Positions 1 through 7,739 of a DNA stretch of 35,366 nucleotides are shown one piece after another; the first letter of the stretch is position 1; each line of letters opens with the position of its first letter. Position numbers and translations under genes: made by a program. Origin of the DNA: a virus. The notes beneath the pieces were generated by a model that was given only the letters and a program-made list of their open reading frames with translations, made no database searches and had not been told where the DNA came from. The DNA is taken from the IMG/VR virus record IMGVR_UViG_3300045988_101049, positions 1-35,366 of that record, one strand, 5' to 3'.

Positions 1-119
1 ATTTTTTTTTGACCGCCGATGATACCCGATTTAACGACAGCATTAAGGATATTGGTCACAAGACCTTCAAATCCCGCTTCGTCTATCGCCCCAAAAAAGA
101 GTGCTTGAATCTCGTCATC
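1..119. repeat. terminal direct repeat; exact copy of 35248..35366 (circular-assembly overlap)
   Basis: I aligned both ends by eye; all 119 nt are identical, including the a+T9 homopolymer. The unique unit is therefore 35,247 bp. Confidence 0.9.
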
Positions 120-320
120 ATCTAATGCGTTGTCGCCGCCGATAATTGCCCACTTAAACAATGTGTAAATATCCTTAACTTTCGGATCTTGAATCTGCGC
201 GATGATTTTCATCAGACCTTGATTCGTCTCTTCTTCGAGTCCGAATATCGCTGAAATCGGAAATGCCAGATTATATTGCTTTTTCCCGATTTTCATTTTT
301 ACCGCCCTGTCTAATACCAT
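1..320 (-). CDS. acidic ~116-aa protein resembling a tail assembly chaperone (G-like); 5' part of a gene that crosses the circular junction
   Basis: ATG at 320..318 overlaps the portal stop (TAATG), with the ribosome binding site AAAGGAGGGGG upstream. Translation is MVLDRAVKMKIGKKQYNLAFPISAIFGLEEETNQGL...DNALDDDEIQALFFGAIDEAGFEG...SGIIGGQKK. It then reads through the A9 run and across the junction to a TAG at 35217..35219. The protein is strongly acidic and small. The family assignment rests on analogy only. Confidence 0.5.
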   Translation of the reverse strand, partial: MVLDRAVKMKIGKKQYNLAFPISAIFGLEEETNQGLMKIIAQIQDPKVKDIYTLFKWAIIGGDNALDDDEIQALFFGAIDEAGFEGLVTNILNAVVKSGIIGGQKK

Positions 321-1546
321 TATTCCCCCTCCTTTCCGCCCTCATCATCTGCACTGTCACCGAGAGCACCCGTCCCGCCGCGCTGTGTGAGCTTGTCAGC
401 GTTCGGGTCGTCGCTCCTCGGATAAGTGATAGACGCGCGAGCTTCATTTGCTGTTAGTATTCCAGCTCCGGTATACGCACTTAAAACGCTTGCTTTTGCT
501 TGTGCGTCGAGAAAATCAAAGACATCATTTGACGTCTTGAATCGATAGCCCTTCATGCTTTGCTTTTCCGTCAATAATTTGACGGTCAATTCAATGCTGT
601 ATCGCTTAATTATCGGAATAATCGTGTGATTGTAGAACGACATCATCTGGTTCGTTGAAAAGGTCGCCATTCCTGCGCCGCCGATAATGTTAAGCATGGC
701 AAGCGGGATTCCGAAAAAGCTGCTAATTGCCTGTGAATTCGTCGTTTTCAGCGTGTCAAAATATGACTTGATATCATTGCTTATGTTTTGCGCGCTCATT
801 CCTGCCGGTAACGGTAAAATAGTGTTATCCGCGCTTTTCAGCATTTCTTTCACGCCGTCCTGTAAGAGTTTTTGTTTCTCCCGCGATAAGTCTGACGTAT
901 AGGACAGGACGATTGTCCCGCTGAAACCGTTTTCAACCGACGTTCTTAACGCCGATTCCACTTCGGCATTGCTCCGGAGCGTGGACATTAAAACATCAAT
1001 AGCCGGCACGCCAACAATCCCATTCCGTGAGAATGATTTAAGATGCAAGATTTCTTCCGGAAGAAACAGAAAACTTTCCCCATTGACCATATCGCGATAC
1101 TCGTAAATGATTTTTCGCTTACCCTCAAGGATATTGGCGTTATCCCAATATACCCGCATACCGGACGGGTCAAGCGGTATCAATCTATCTAAGGTGGTCG
1201 TTTTCTCGTCAAAATGGATATAAGCGTAAGCGTTTCCATGCCCCAGCCTCATTTTCTCCATATATTCCCAGAAGTCGTAAGCGGAAATTCCCGGGTACGG
1301 TTCAAGATTCAATACTCTGTGGTACTTTGCCGCCAGCCCGCCGGCTTCGCCGTTTCCCTTGGCGTACAGTCCCCACTCGTTCTGCGCGATTTGCCTTGCC
1401 AGTATTTCAATGCAAGTCGAATAAATGAGGTCGCCATTGGCGTCTACGTTAATTCGCCGCCCTTGACCGACGGGAAAAATCTGCGTTCGCGTGGCAGTTT
1501 GCCGCCAGACGCTTCCCGTAAAATAATTTTTTAACGCTTCAAACAT
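320..1546 (-). CDS. phage portal protein (HK97-family-like)
   Basis: 408 aa with an acidic C-terminus (DSADDEGGKEGE). Its size and position next to the prohead protease and terminase fit a portal. Ribosome binding site GGGAGG sits 7 nt upstream of the ATG. The start overlaps the ClpP stop (TGATG). Confidence 0.7.
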   Translation of the reverse strand: MFEALKNYFTGSVWRQTATRTQIFPVGQGRRINVDANGDLIYSTCIEILARQIAQNEWGLYAKGNGEAGGLAAKYHRVLNLEPYPGISAYDFWEYMEKMRLGHGNAYAYIHFDEKTTTLDRLIPLDPSGMRVYWDNANILEGKRKIIYEYRDMVNGESFLFLPEEILHLKSFSRNGIVGVPAIDVLMSTLRSNAEVESALRTSVENGFSGTIVLSYTSDLSREKQKLLQDGVKEMLKSADNTILPLPAGMSAQNISNDIKSYFDTLKTTNSQAISSFFGIPLAMLNIIGGAGMATFSTNQMMSFYNHTIIPIIKRYSIELTVKLLTEKQSMKGYRFKTSNDVFDFLDAQAKASVLSAYTGAGILTANEARASITYPRSDDPNADKLTQRGGTGALGDSADDEGGKEGE

Positions 1547-2304
1547 CAGATGCCTCCCGCTCTGGTCAGTAAATCCTTGAGCTTGTCGCTGATTTTGTAC
1601 TCGTCTTTTTTCTCCTCTTCTTGTTTTTCTTCTTCCTGTTCCGGTTGCTCTTCCGGTTGTTCTTCTTCCGGCGCTTCTTCTTCCTGCTCCTCTTCTTCGG
1701 GCTGTTCCTCTTCCTGTTTTTCCTCGTCTTTTGCGTCCTGCTGTTCTTCTTCCGGATCTTCTTGTTCGGCTTTCAATTTCTTATTTTCCTTAACCAAGTT
1801 GGCCAATGAGGAATAAGCGCATAGCGCGTAATCTTTTTTAATTTCGATGAGTTCCGCGTTGGCAAATGTTTCCGCGACTTCTTCGCCGGTAAGCCACACG
1901 TCTCCCTCTTCGATTTGGGAAATCAAGGTATCGTCTGTCGCGTTTTCGGTAATGATGTTATGTAGGATGTTGTCGACGGCTTCCATTGCCTTAATGTCCT
2001 GTTCCAGCGCTTTTTTATTGCCGCTGGAAACCGTCCAGCAGTTATGCAGCATGACCAGACTGTTTTTATCGATTTCAATCGTGTCGCAAGCAAGCGCAAT
2101 GACGCCCGCGATGGACGCCGCCATAACTTCTACGTGTGCCGTAACCTTTGCTTTTGATTTTTGGATGGCGTTCACGACGTTCAGACCGGCGAACACGTCG
2201 CCGCCGGGTGAATTGATGTATAAATCAATATCTTCGGTGGCGGCTTGAATGGCTTTGACCGTATCTTTGGTATCGAATATTTCGCCTGTGAGTTTGATTT
2301 CCAT
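1546..2304 (-). CDS. ClpP-family prohead (head maturation) serine protease with a C-terminal poly-Glu/Pro low-complexity tail
   Basis: Motifs INSPGGDVFAGLNVVNAIQ and ...MAASIAGVIALACD...LHN are ClpP-like. The last ~70 aa are EQEDPEEEQQDAKDEEKQEEEQPEEEEQEEEAPEEEQPEEQPEQEEEKQEEEKK. Confidence 0.8.
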   Translation of the reverse strand: MEIKLTGEIFDTKDTVKAIQAATEDIDLYINSPGGDVFAGLNVVNAIQKSKAKVTAHVEVMAASIAGVIALACDTIEIDKNSLVMLHNCWTVSSGNKKALEQDIKAMEAVDNILHNIITENATDDTLISQIEEGDVWLTGEEVAETFANAELIEIKKDYALCAYSSLANLVKENKKLKAEQEDPEEEQQDAKDEEKQEEEQPEEEEQEEEAPEEEQPEEQPEQEEEKQEEEKKDEYKISDKLKDLLTRAGGI

Positions 2305-2306
2305 GA

Positions 2307-2603
2307 TTATTTGTCCTTTCTGTACAACTGCAACTGTGTCAACATCGCTCTTGCCGCATAGTCCATTTCCGAGTTACCGGTGAACATTCCTTCTCTTTGG
2401 TCATAAGCTCCCGGTGTCCAGTGGGTGAGTACCCACATGTCGCACTTGCCCGCAAATGTCGGGTTATCCGCATATAATAATTCGTAGTCATCGATGGCGT
2501 CCTTCAAATAGTCATACCCCTGTCTGATGATTCTCTCAATAAAGACGTCATCATCTGTATAAGGAATCCTCAAGTACTCCCGGACGTGTTCGGCGGTAAT
2601 CAT
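2307..2603 (-). CDS. gp6-like head-tail connector (Phage_connect_1-like)
   Basis: N-terminus MITAEHVREYLRIPYTDDDVFIERIIRQG matches the gp6 signature (HLRID..DD..I..LI.AA). It is 98 aa, with ribosome binding site AAAGGAG. Confidence 0.65.
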   Translation of the reverse strand: MITAEHVREYLRIPYTDDDVFIERIIRQGYDYLKDAIDDYELLYADNPTFAGKCDMWVLTHWTPGAYDQREGMFTGNSEMDYAARAMLTQLQLYRKDK

Positions 2604-4471
2604 CCCATCACTCCTTTGCTGCGTAGATTATCAAGCCAATCATCGACAAGGTCGTCGGCAGTTGGCGCGTCGTTGTTAAAATCGATAAACGGAGCAATAA
2701 ACCCCGTGATTCCTGCGTCAAGCGGGTCAATTCTGATGTTGCTGTCTGCCCTTAGACTGATTTTCTCCACGGAATAAAAACCCGTATTATTCCTGACCAA
2801 TAAAGCATTGGTGACGGCTTTCTCGAATATATCCTCATGTTCCTTTTGATATGCTATAATGCCGTCTTTAAAGTACTGGCTAAATGATTCAATGTATTGA
2901 CTTAACGCCTTCGGGCTTTGATTCTGCAGTATGAATGTGTCGCACATGTCCGCTAGCTTTTCTTGAATGCCCGCTATGTTGTACGGGTCGGCGGCAATGG
3001 TCACGAAATGTAAGTCGTGTTCATCGCGTATCTGTTTTAATTGTTGGTATATCTGGTTAGTATCAATGTTTTCGCCGCCGGCGCCATTGCATAAAAATAG
3101 TTCAGTATCAACATAGTCTTGATAACTGAACCTATCTTTTTCTATATGGTTTTGAAGTTTGTTTGCCGGCATCCACGAGATGGTCTTAAAGAATAGCCGC
3201 GGATGGTCGTAGACTTTCCCGTATTGCAACAGTCGTCCGTTCTTGCTCTCTCCAACGAAAGTACATAAAAACGCGCTGGACAGATCAAGCGTCTGTGATA
3301 GGTCAAGACCGATGTACCAGTCCTTGTAGCCTTTAGCGATGACGTCATTAAAACTGTAAGAAACGCCGCACGCTTTGAGTTGGTCATACGTACAAATGTT
3401 GCGGTCACCGGCGGAATACCACGTATTGCATTGCTTCGTTACGAATGATTGAAGGGCAAACCCTTTTTCCGCTGTTGCCTCTTTTGCTTTCTGCATGTAT
3501 TTCCGTTTGATATGGTCTTTAATGGTGAATCCGTCATCTTCAAACAATAAAACCGGATTGGCTTTTCCCCACACGTTCATTTTCGTGTAGTCTTTAGCCT
3601 TTACTTCGTCCTCGTCCGGCTCTGTTAGGAACAAAAACAGATTATCCGGAAGGTCGTTTTCGTATAGCATTTTGCGGAGTGTTAGCCATTTCTTGTGATT
3701 ATCCCCGCCGATTTCAAACTGTGCTGTACTCATGGTAACGAGTAACGAATCTTTGAAATGCGCTTGTCCGTCTTGGATTGTCTTTGTGATAATTTCATCA
3801 CATAACATTTCTTCGTCAATAACCGCGACTTTATTAGTATAGCCGTCAAGCGTTTTTTTACTTGCGCCGCCTGTTCTAAACATTTCTATTCGGTTACCGG
3901 TGAATTTATTCTTTGCCCAATAAGCCGTCCGGTTTACGTTGGAAAACGTTTCCGCCAGCCGCGGGTCGTTATCGATGAATTTACAAAATTCATTAAAACA
4001 GATGGTCGCGTTCTGCCCTTTGACGCTGGCTAACACAATCAATTCATTTCTGAATTTGCTCATGCCCGCTAAATAATGAAGCACCGCCGACAACAGGAAC
4101 GATTTTCCGTTCCTTCGTGCTACATATAGATTGGAAGTATTGACCAAGTATCGCCCGTCTTGATACCGTAAGCCGAATATTCCGCACATGATAAATTTCT
4201 GCGCCGGATAGAGTTTTAACCGCTTCACCACGCCGTCCTCGTCAATGTAGGTCAGCATGCTAAGAAACAGGAACAGTCGCTGCATCGCTTTTTTAGCAAA
4301 TCGGTATTTGCCGGAGTTGTACATATCAATAAAACGTTTGAAACATCGAAACTCCGATTCGCCGACTAAGTCCATATCGGCGCGCTTCATCAAGGCTTTA
4401 TAATAGTCGCCGATAAATTCGTTCAGCTCCGCCGGAACGGTAATCAGTTTTAATTCATCCTCAACTATCAT
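2600..4471 (-). CDS. terL: terminase large subunit
   Basis: Contains YPAQKFIMCGIFGLRYQDGRY...ARRNGKSFL (Terminase_1-like ATPase) and a C-terminal nuclease region. I chose the ATG at 4471 (MIVEDELK..., ribosome binding site AAGGAAG) over the longer ORF to 4543. Confidence 0.85.
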   Translation of the reverse strand: MIVEDELKLITVPAELNEFIGDYYKALMKRADMDLVGESEFRCFKRFIDMYNSGKYRFAKKAMQRLFLFLSMLTYIDEDGVVKRLKLYPAQKFIMCGIFGLRYQDGRYLVNTSNLYVARRNGKSFLLSAVLHYLAGMSKFRNELIVLASVKGQNATICFNEFCKFIDNDPRLAETFSNVNRTAYWAKNKFTGNRIEMFRTGGASKKTLDGYTNKVAVIDEEMLCDEIITKTIQDGQAHFKDSLLVTMSTAQFEIGGDNHKKWLTLRKMLYENDLPDNLFLFLTEPDEDEVKAKDYTKMNVWGKANPVLLFEDDGFTIKDHIKRKYMQKAKEATAEKGFALQSFVTKQCNTWYSAGDRNICTYDQLKACGVSYSFNDVIAKGYKDWYIGLDLSQTLDLSSAFLCTFVGESKNGRLLQYGKVYDHPRLFFKTISWMPANKLQNHIEKDRFSYQDYVDTELFLCNGAGGENIDTNQIYQQLKQIRDEHDLHFVTIAADPYNIAGIQEKLADMCDTFILQNQSPKALSQYIESFSQYFKDGIIAYQKEHEDIFEKAVTNALLVRNNTGFYSVEKISLRADSNIRIDPLDAGITGFIAPFIDFNNDAPTADDLVDDWLDNLRSKGVMG

Positions 4472-4886
4472 TGAACTTCCTTTCAAATTCTCGTTTGCCT
4501 TTTTCGATGCGCTCGATAGCCTCCACCCGCATGCCGCCTTCATACCATCGGTGGATTTCTTCGTGGCTCGCGTGGCTAACCGGAATTAAGTTATCCACAT
4601 CAAGGAACATGTCGGGATCTTCGTCACGCTCGACAATATGATGAACGTAAGCCGGCTTGCATGTCCGGACAATTCCAACGCCCATAAGCCAAATATCATA
4701 ACCAAGATATTTATTAATGACTTCTCGGCGGCATCGCTGCCACACTCGTGTCCGGTATTTTTTAAGGTTCTCGTTTTCTTTGAGCTTTCGCCGTTGATAA
4801 GCGACAGATATTTTCGTGTGGCACTTTTGGCACCGTTCACCTTCGTATAATTCATGACAGCGATTGCAGCGTTTAAAAATCGCCAT
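4461..4886 (-). CDS. HNH endonuclease (terminase-associated)
   Basis: Contains CNRCHELYEGERCQKCH...HHIVERDEDPDMFLDVDNLIPVSHASHEEIH (HNH with zinc-binding cysteines). It lies between terS and terL. I chose the start at 4886 (MAIFKRCNRC). Confidence 0.8.
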   Translation of the reverse strand: MAIFKRCNRCHELYEGERCQKCHTKISVAYQRRKLKENENLKKYRTRVWQRCRREVINKYLGYDIWLMGVGIVRTCKPAYVHHIVERDEDPDMFLDVDNLIPVSHASHEEIHRWYEGGMRVEAIERIEKGKREFERKFNDS

Positions 4887-5217
4887 CGTTTTTTGCCTCG
4901 TTGAAAACTTTGGTAAACGGGTTACCATAATCCGCCAATTCGTCTTTTATTTCGTCAAATTTTAAAACTTTGTATAAGTTTAAGGTTAGTTTATTGATTC
5001 TTTCGTAGATCTTGATCTTATCTTCAAGCTCGGCTGTGGTCATCTTACCGATGCCGTTCGTTATCTCAATACTGACCTCTTCGGAAAGAACGACAAACCG
5101 GCAGTACTGCATGATGAGTTCCGCGTTTATCTGGGTTATGGATTCGCACTGATGCTTCAAAGTCCAGATGTGCTTATTCAATTTTTTAATTGCGCGATTT
5201 CTTGAAGATTCCGTCAT
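4873..5217 (-). CDS. terS: terminase small subunit (P27-family-like)
   Basis: 114 aa, the first gene after the terminator and late promoter region. Its size, helical character and position upstream of HNH and terL are typical of P27-type TerS. Confidence 0.6.
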   Translation of the reverse strand: MTESSRNRAIKKLNKHIWTLKHQCESITQINAELIMQYCRFVVLSEEVSIEITNGIGKMTTAELEDKIKIYERINKLTLNLYKVLKFDEIKDELADYGNPFTKVFNEAKNDGDF

Positions 5218-5331
5218 GTTGTCCTCGTTATTCTAAAAAAGAATGAGAAAAAAAGAAAAGTATCCCGTCGATACGACGCTGGAAAGGTCAGAATTTTCAA
5301 ACATACCCCCGTCTGTGTTTATTTTTAAATG

Positions 5332-5358
5332 AAAAACCGCCCTGTTACAGGCGGCTTT
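5332..5358 (-). terminator. rho-independent terminator (reads on the - strand)
   Basis: The - strand reads GAAAGCCGCCTGTAACAGGGCGG followed by TTTTTC. It lies downstream of the ArpU-like gene and upstream of the late operon. Confidence 0.6.
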
Positions 5359-5442
5359 CAGAAGGGGAATCTAACCTTACTCTGTTCTCTACTTTTTCAT
5401 ACTACCAGTATACCTTATAGGGAGGTCGTTTTTGGTAGATAC

Positions 5443-5874
5443 TTACGGCGGAAAATACTTTCGTTGGTACGCATCAAGCGCATAACCGTGCATGACCTTT
5501 ATTGTTGAATACTGATAATGCATTATTTTAGCCACCTCATGCAAACGTAGCGGAACGGTATTCGCATAATAGAGAAATAGCAGCGTTCTATATCTAACGT
5601 CTGAAATCGCGTTTATTCGTATCAAAATGCGCTTTTTACGTTCGCTATATTCATCTATAGTTTTGTCTATTTCTTTGTCCATGTCGGCCAATTTTGCCGC
5701 GGCGTTGGCTATGTCTGAATGGCGCGTTCCCGATACCGGCTCAGAAAGTGGACGGGCAAGGCTCGTGACACGCGCGGCCAGCTTTTCTTTTTCCGTGATT
5801 AGCGCGTCAATTCTCACATTAAGTTCGCGCAGCCCCTCAAGCTCCGCCCGCGCTTGACGGTTATCCTTAATCAT
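5443..5874 (-). CDS. ArpU/RinA-like late-gene transcriptional activator
   Basis: C-terminal region-4-like helix-turn-helix RYRTLLFLYYANTVPLRLHEVAKIMHYQYSTIKVMHGYAL. It is the last early gene, immediately before the terminator and terS, as RinA and Alt are. Start taken at the ATG at 5874 (MIKDNRQ). Confidence 0.6.
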   Translation of the reverse strand: MIKDNRQARAELEGLRELNVRIDALITEKEKLAARVTSLARPLSEPVSGTRHSDIANAAAKLADMDKEIDKTIDEYSERKKRILIRINAISDVRYRTLLFLYYANTVPLRLHEVAKIMHYQYSTIKVMHGYALDAYQRKYFPP

Positions 5875-6388
5875 TCGCCCGGGCCTCTCTGAACCAGATC
5901 GCTCGCTCCAGTGCCTCCAATGCCTGACTCGTGTAAAAGTTTTGCCGGGGCGCGGCCAAATACAGAATGGCAAAGGTAAGATCTAAATCAAGCCCTTTAT
6001 CCGCTGCGTATTCCATCGCACCGATGCTTTCGGAGTTCTGGTGCTGGTAATCAAGATATCGCTTAATGTACCAGCGGGCTTTGCGCAAGTCCTCTAATTC
6101 GGTATCTTTAGACTTTTTACCGGCACGAGAGATATACTTGACCGCGTTCCCCAGATGATAACCAAGCCGCCAGGACTCGATCGCCTCAATCGTTTCAAAT
6201 TTTCCGTCAGTATAATGCGACGGGTGATTAATGATGTCGTTATTCATTTTTCTTTTCTCCTCGATGTCAGACCCCTTAACTTCCCAACTGTTTTTGCTGT
6301 ATTCTTTACTCGCTTGCTCCAGTATGGTCGCCGTCACGTGATAGAACACTATCGCCATAAGAGAAATAACAAAAACAAGAGCCATCAA
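5867..6388 (-). CDS. DUF3310-domain protein with an N-terminal transmembrane helix
   Basis: HPSHYTDGKFETIEAIESW...GNAVKYISRAGKK...EDLRKARWYIKRYL matches the DUF3310 signature. The N-terminus MMALVFVISLMAIVFYHV is hydrophobic. Confidence 0.6.
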   Translation of the reverse strand: MMALVFVISLMAIVFYHVTATILEQASKEYSKNSWEVKGSDIEEKRKMNNDIINHPSHYTDGKFETIEAIESWRLGYHLGNAVKYISRAGKKSKDTELEDLRKARWYIKRYLDYQHQNSESIGAMEYAADKGLDLDLTFAILYLAAPRQNFYTSQALEALERAIWFREARAND

Positions 6389-6402
6389 TATCGCCTCACC
6401 GG

Positions 6403-6645
6403 TTAAAGTCTTTTGCCCATTAAAATGCCGACAAACTCTCTCATCATTTCATCGTCAATTTTTCCATATCGTTTAGTCAGCCAACAACGAATGGCATAGA
6501 TAATCTCCTTCGCATAATCTTCTTCACAAAAAAACGCGTCCTCTTCATCCTCAAATAAGCCACCTGCTTTCATACCAAACCAATAGCTAGTAATGTTCTG
6601 CACCTCTTGCATTAATACGCCGCTTTTATTTACCTTCTCAATCAT
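6403..6645 (-). CDS. hypothetical protein
   Basis: ORF with an ATG at 6645 (MIEKVNKSG) and GGAGG upstream. No recognisable motif. Confidence 0.4.
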   Translation of the reverse strand: MIEKVNKSGVLMQEVQNITSYWFGMKAGGLFEDEEDAFFCEEDYAKEIIYAIRCWLTKRYGKIDDEMMREFVGILMGKRL

Positions 6646-6973
6646 CTTGACCGCCCCTCCACTCCCGAAACATATCGAACCAATCGGCCGCACTCATCGT
6701 GATTAGCCATTCACAGTTATTTTTACGATGAGCTACAATCGGCACGCGCCCGCTCTTTTTAGAATCTCGCCGAGCTTGCGCCATTGCGTCTTCAATGTTC
6801 AACCGTTCCACTCGCTTTACTTCCACATGCACGCCCGGAAGACCGACCACGTCGGCGGCTTCCCCCGTGTTACCGCAATATTGCGCCGTCCGGCGCGCTT
6901 CCCAGCCGTTGGCGCGGCAAAGTCTTGCAAACTCCAGCTCCCCGCGCTTTCCTTTCTGCTTGCCGTTAGTCAT
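6638..6973 (-). CDS. Hjc-like Holliday junction resolvase / PD-(D/E)xK nuclease
   Basis: GKRGELEFARLCRANGWEARR...AADVVG...VHVEVKRVE gives the E...D...EVK catalytic arrangement of Hjc and phage resolvases. I chose the ATG at 6973 over the longer GTG ORF. Confidence 0.55.
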   Translation of the reverse strand: MTNGKQKGKRGELEFARLCRANGWEARRTAQYCGNTGEAADVVGLPGVHVEVKRVERLNIEDAMAQARRDSKKSGRVPIVAHRKNNCEWLITMSAADWFDMFREWRGGQDD

Positions 6974-7502
6974 TTTTGCCGCTTTTCCGCTTTGCGTTAG
7001 CTTCAAGACTTTCTCGAATTTTACCCATTTGATACTGTCCGTTTTTGGGATCTGCGTAAACTGATACGTCCACACCAGCCTTGAGTCCTAAATAAATTTG
7101 CACCATTTGCCCAAAATCAAACTTTGGATCAGCATAAACGGCTACATCTAATCCCGCCGCAAGACCATCACGGATTACTTCCGTTTGCCACTGATTGAAC
7201 CGAGGATTAGCCAAGGCAGACGCATCGATCCCATTTTCAAGTGCGTTCCTGATCAAACACATTTGCTGGTAATTAAGTCGCGGATCAGCATAAATGGACA
7301 CGTCAACGCCATTAATAAGTCCACGTCGCAATTGGCACATTTGCTCATGGCTATACTTAGTATTAGCGTAAATCGCCACATCAATGTTTTGATCCAAACC
7401 CAAAAGAATTTCACACGTTTGGCGAATATCAAAGCCTGTTAATAACTCTTTTAGCTGTGCTAATTGCTCTTCGCTCAATGCTTTTCCTACTTCTCTTGCC
7501 AT
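6966..7502 (-). CDS. protein with five tandem ~26-aa repeats (DVxxYADPxxxxxQMxxIRxGLxxG); function unknown
   Basis: Repeat units: DVAIYANTKYSHEQMCQLRRGLINGV, DVSIYADPRLNYQQMCLIRNALENGI, DASALANPRFNQWQTEVIRDGLAAGL, DVAVYADPKFDFGQMVQIYLGLKAGV, DVSVYADPKNGQYQMGKIRESLEAN. Confidence 0.6.
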   Translation of the reverse strand: MAREVGKALSEEQLAQLKELLTGFDIRQTCEILLGLDQNIDVAIYANTKYSHEQMCQLRRGLINGVDVSIYADPRLNYQQMCLIRNALENGIDASALANPRFNQWQTEVIRDGLAAGLDVAVYADPKFDFGQMVQIYLGLKAGVDVSVYADPKNGQYQMGKIRESLEANAKRKSGKND

Positions 7503-7616
7503 CTACAACGCCTCCACTATGTTTTATTTTTATTTTCTTTCGCTTGCTAAACAGTAAAACAATAGCTAACAATCACAACATCAATCGCCAGCGGGCAAGT
7601 GGGTGGGTTAGATATA

Positions 7617-7640
7617 GTCGGGGGGACTTGCGCCCCCGAC
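7617..7640. other. GC-rich hairpin GTCGGGGG-8nt-CCCCCGAC in the 237-bp gap downstream of the primase
   Basis: Perfect 8-bp stem with no flanking U-tract. Nearby are the direct repeats tggacaga x2 and an AT tract. Possible origin or regulatory element. Confidence 0.3.
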
Positions 7641-7739
7641 TTATCTCCCCCTACTTTCCCCTGGACAGAATGGACAGACATACCAATATATATATAGCGG
7701 GTTTGTCGTCCATATTGTTAACCGTCTTTTTCCTTACTC

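Noticed and set aside
1550-1816. Two + strand ORFs (88 and 62 aa) of Ser/Cys/Phe low complexity
   Set aside because: They are antisense to the GAA/GAG-rich poly-Glu tail of the ClpP gene and are reading-frame artefacts of that repeat.
3142-3408. 88-aa ORF inside terL, plus similar internal ORFs in the tape measure, tail fibre and primase genes (e.g. 8195..8455, 25839..26033, 30308..30508)
   Set aside because: They are fully embedded in longer, motif-bearing CDSs on the same or opposite strand. They have no start context and are typical shadow ORFs.
6638-7075. Long form of the resolvase ORF starting at a GTG at 7075
   Set aside because: That start has no spacing for a ribosome binding site and overlaps 100 nt of the upstream repeat-protein gene. 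The ATG at 6973 gives the nuclease core with an 8-nt overlap.
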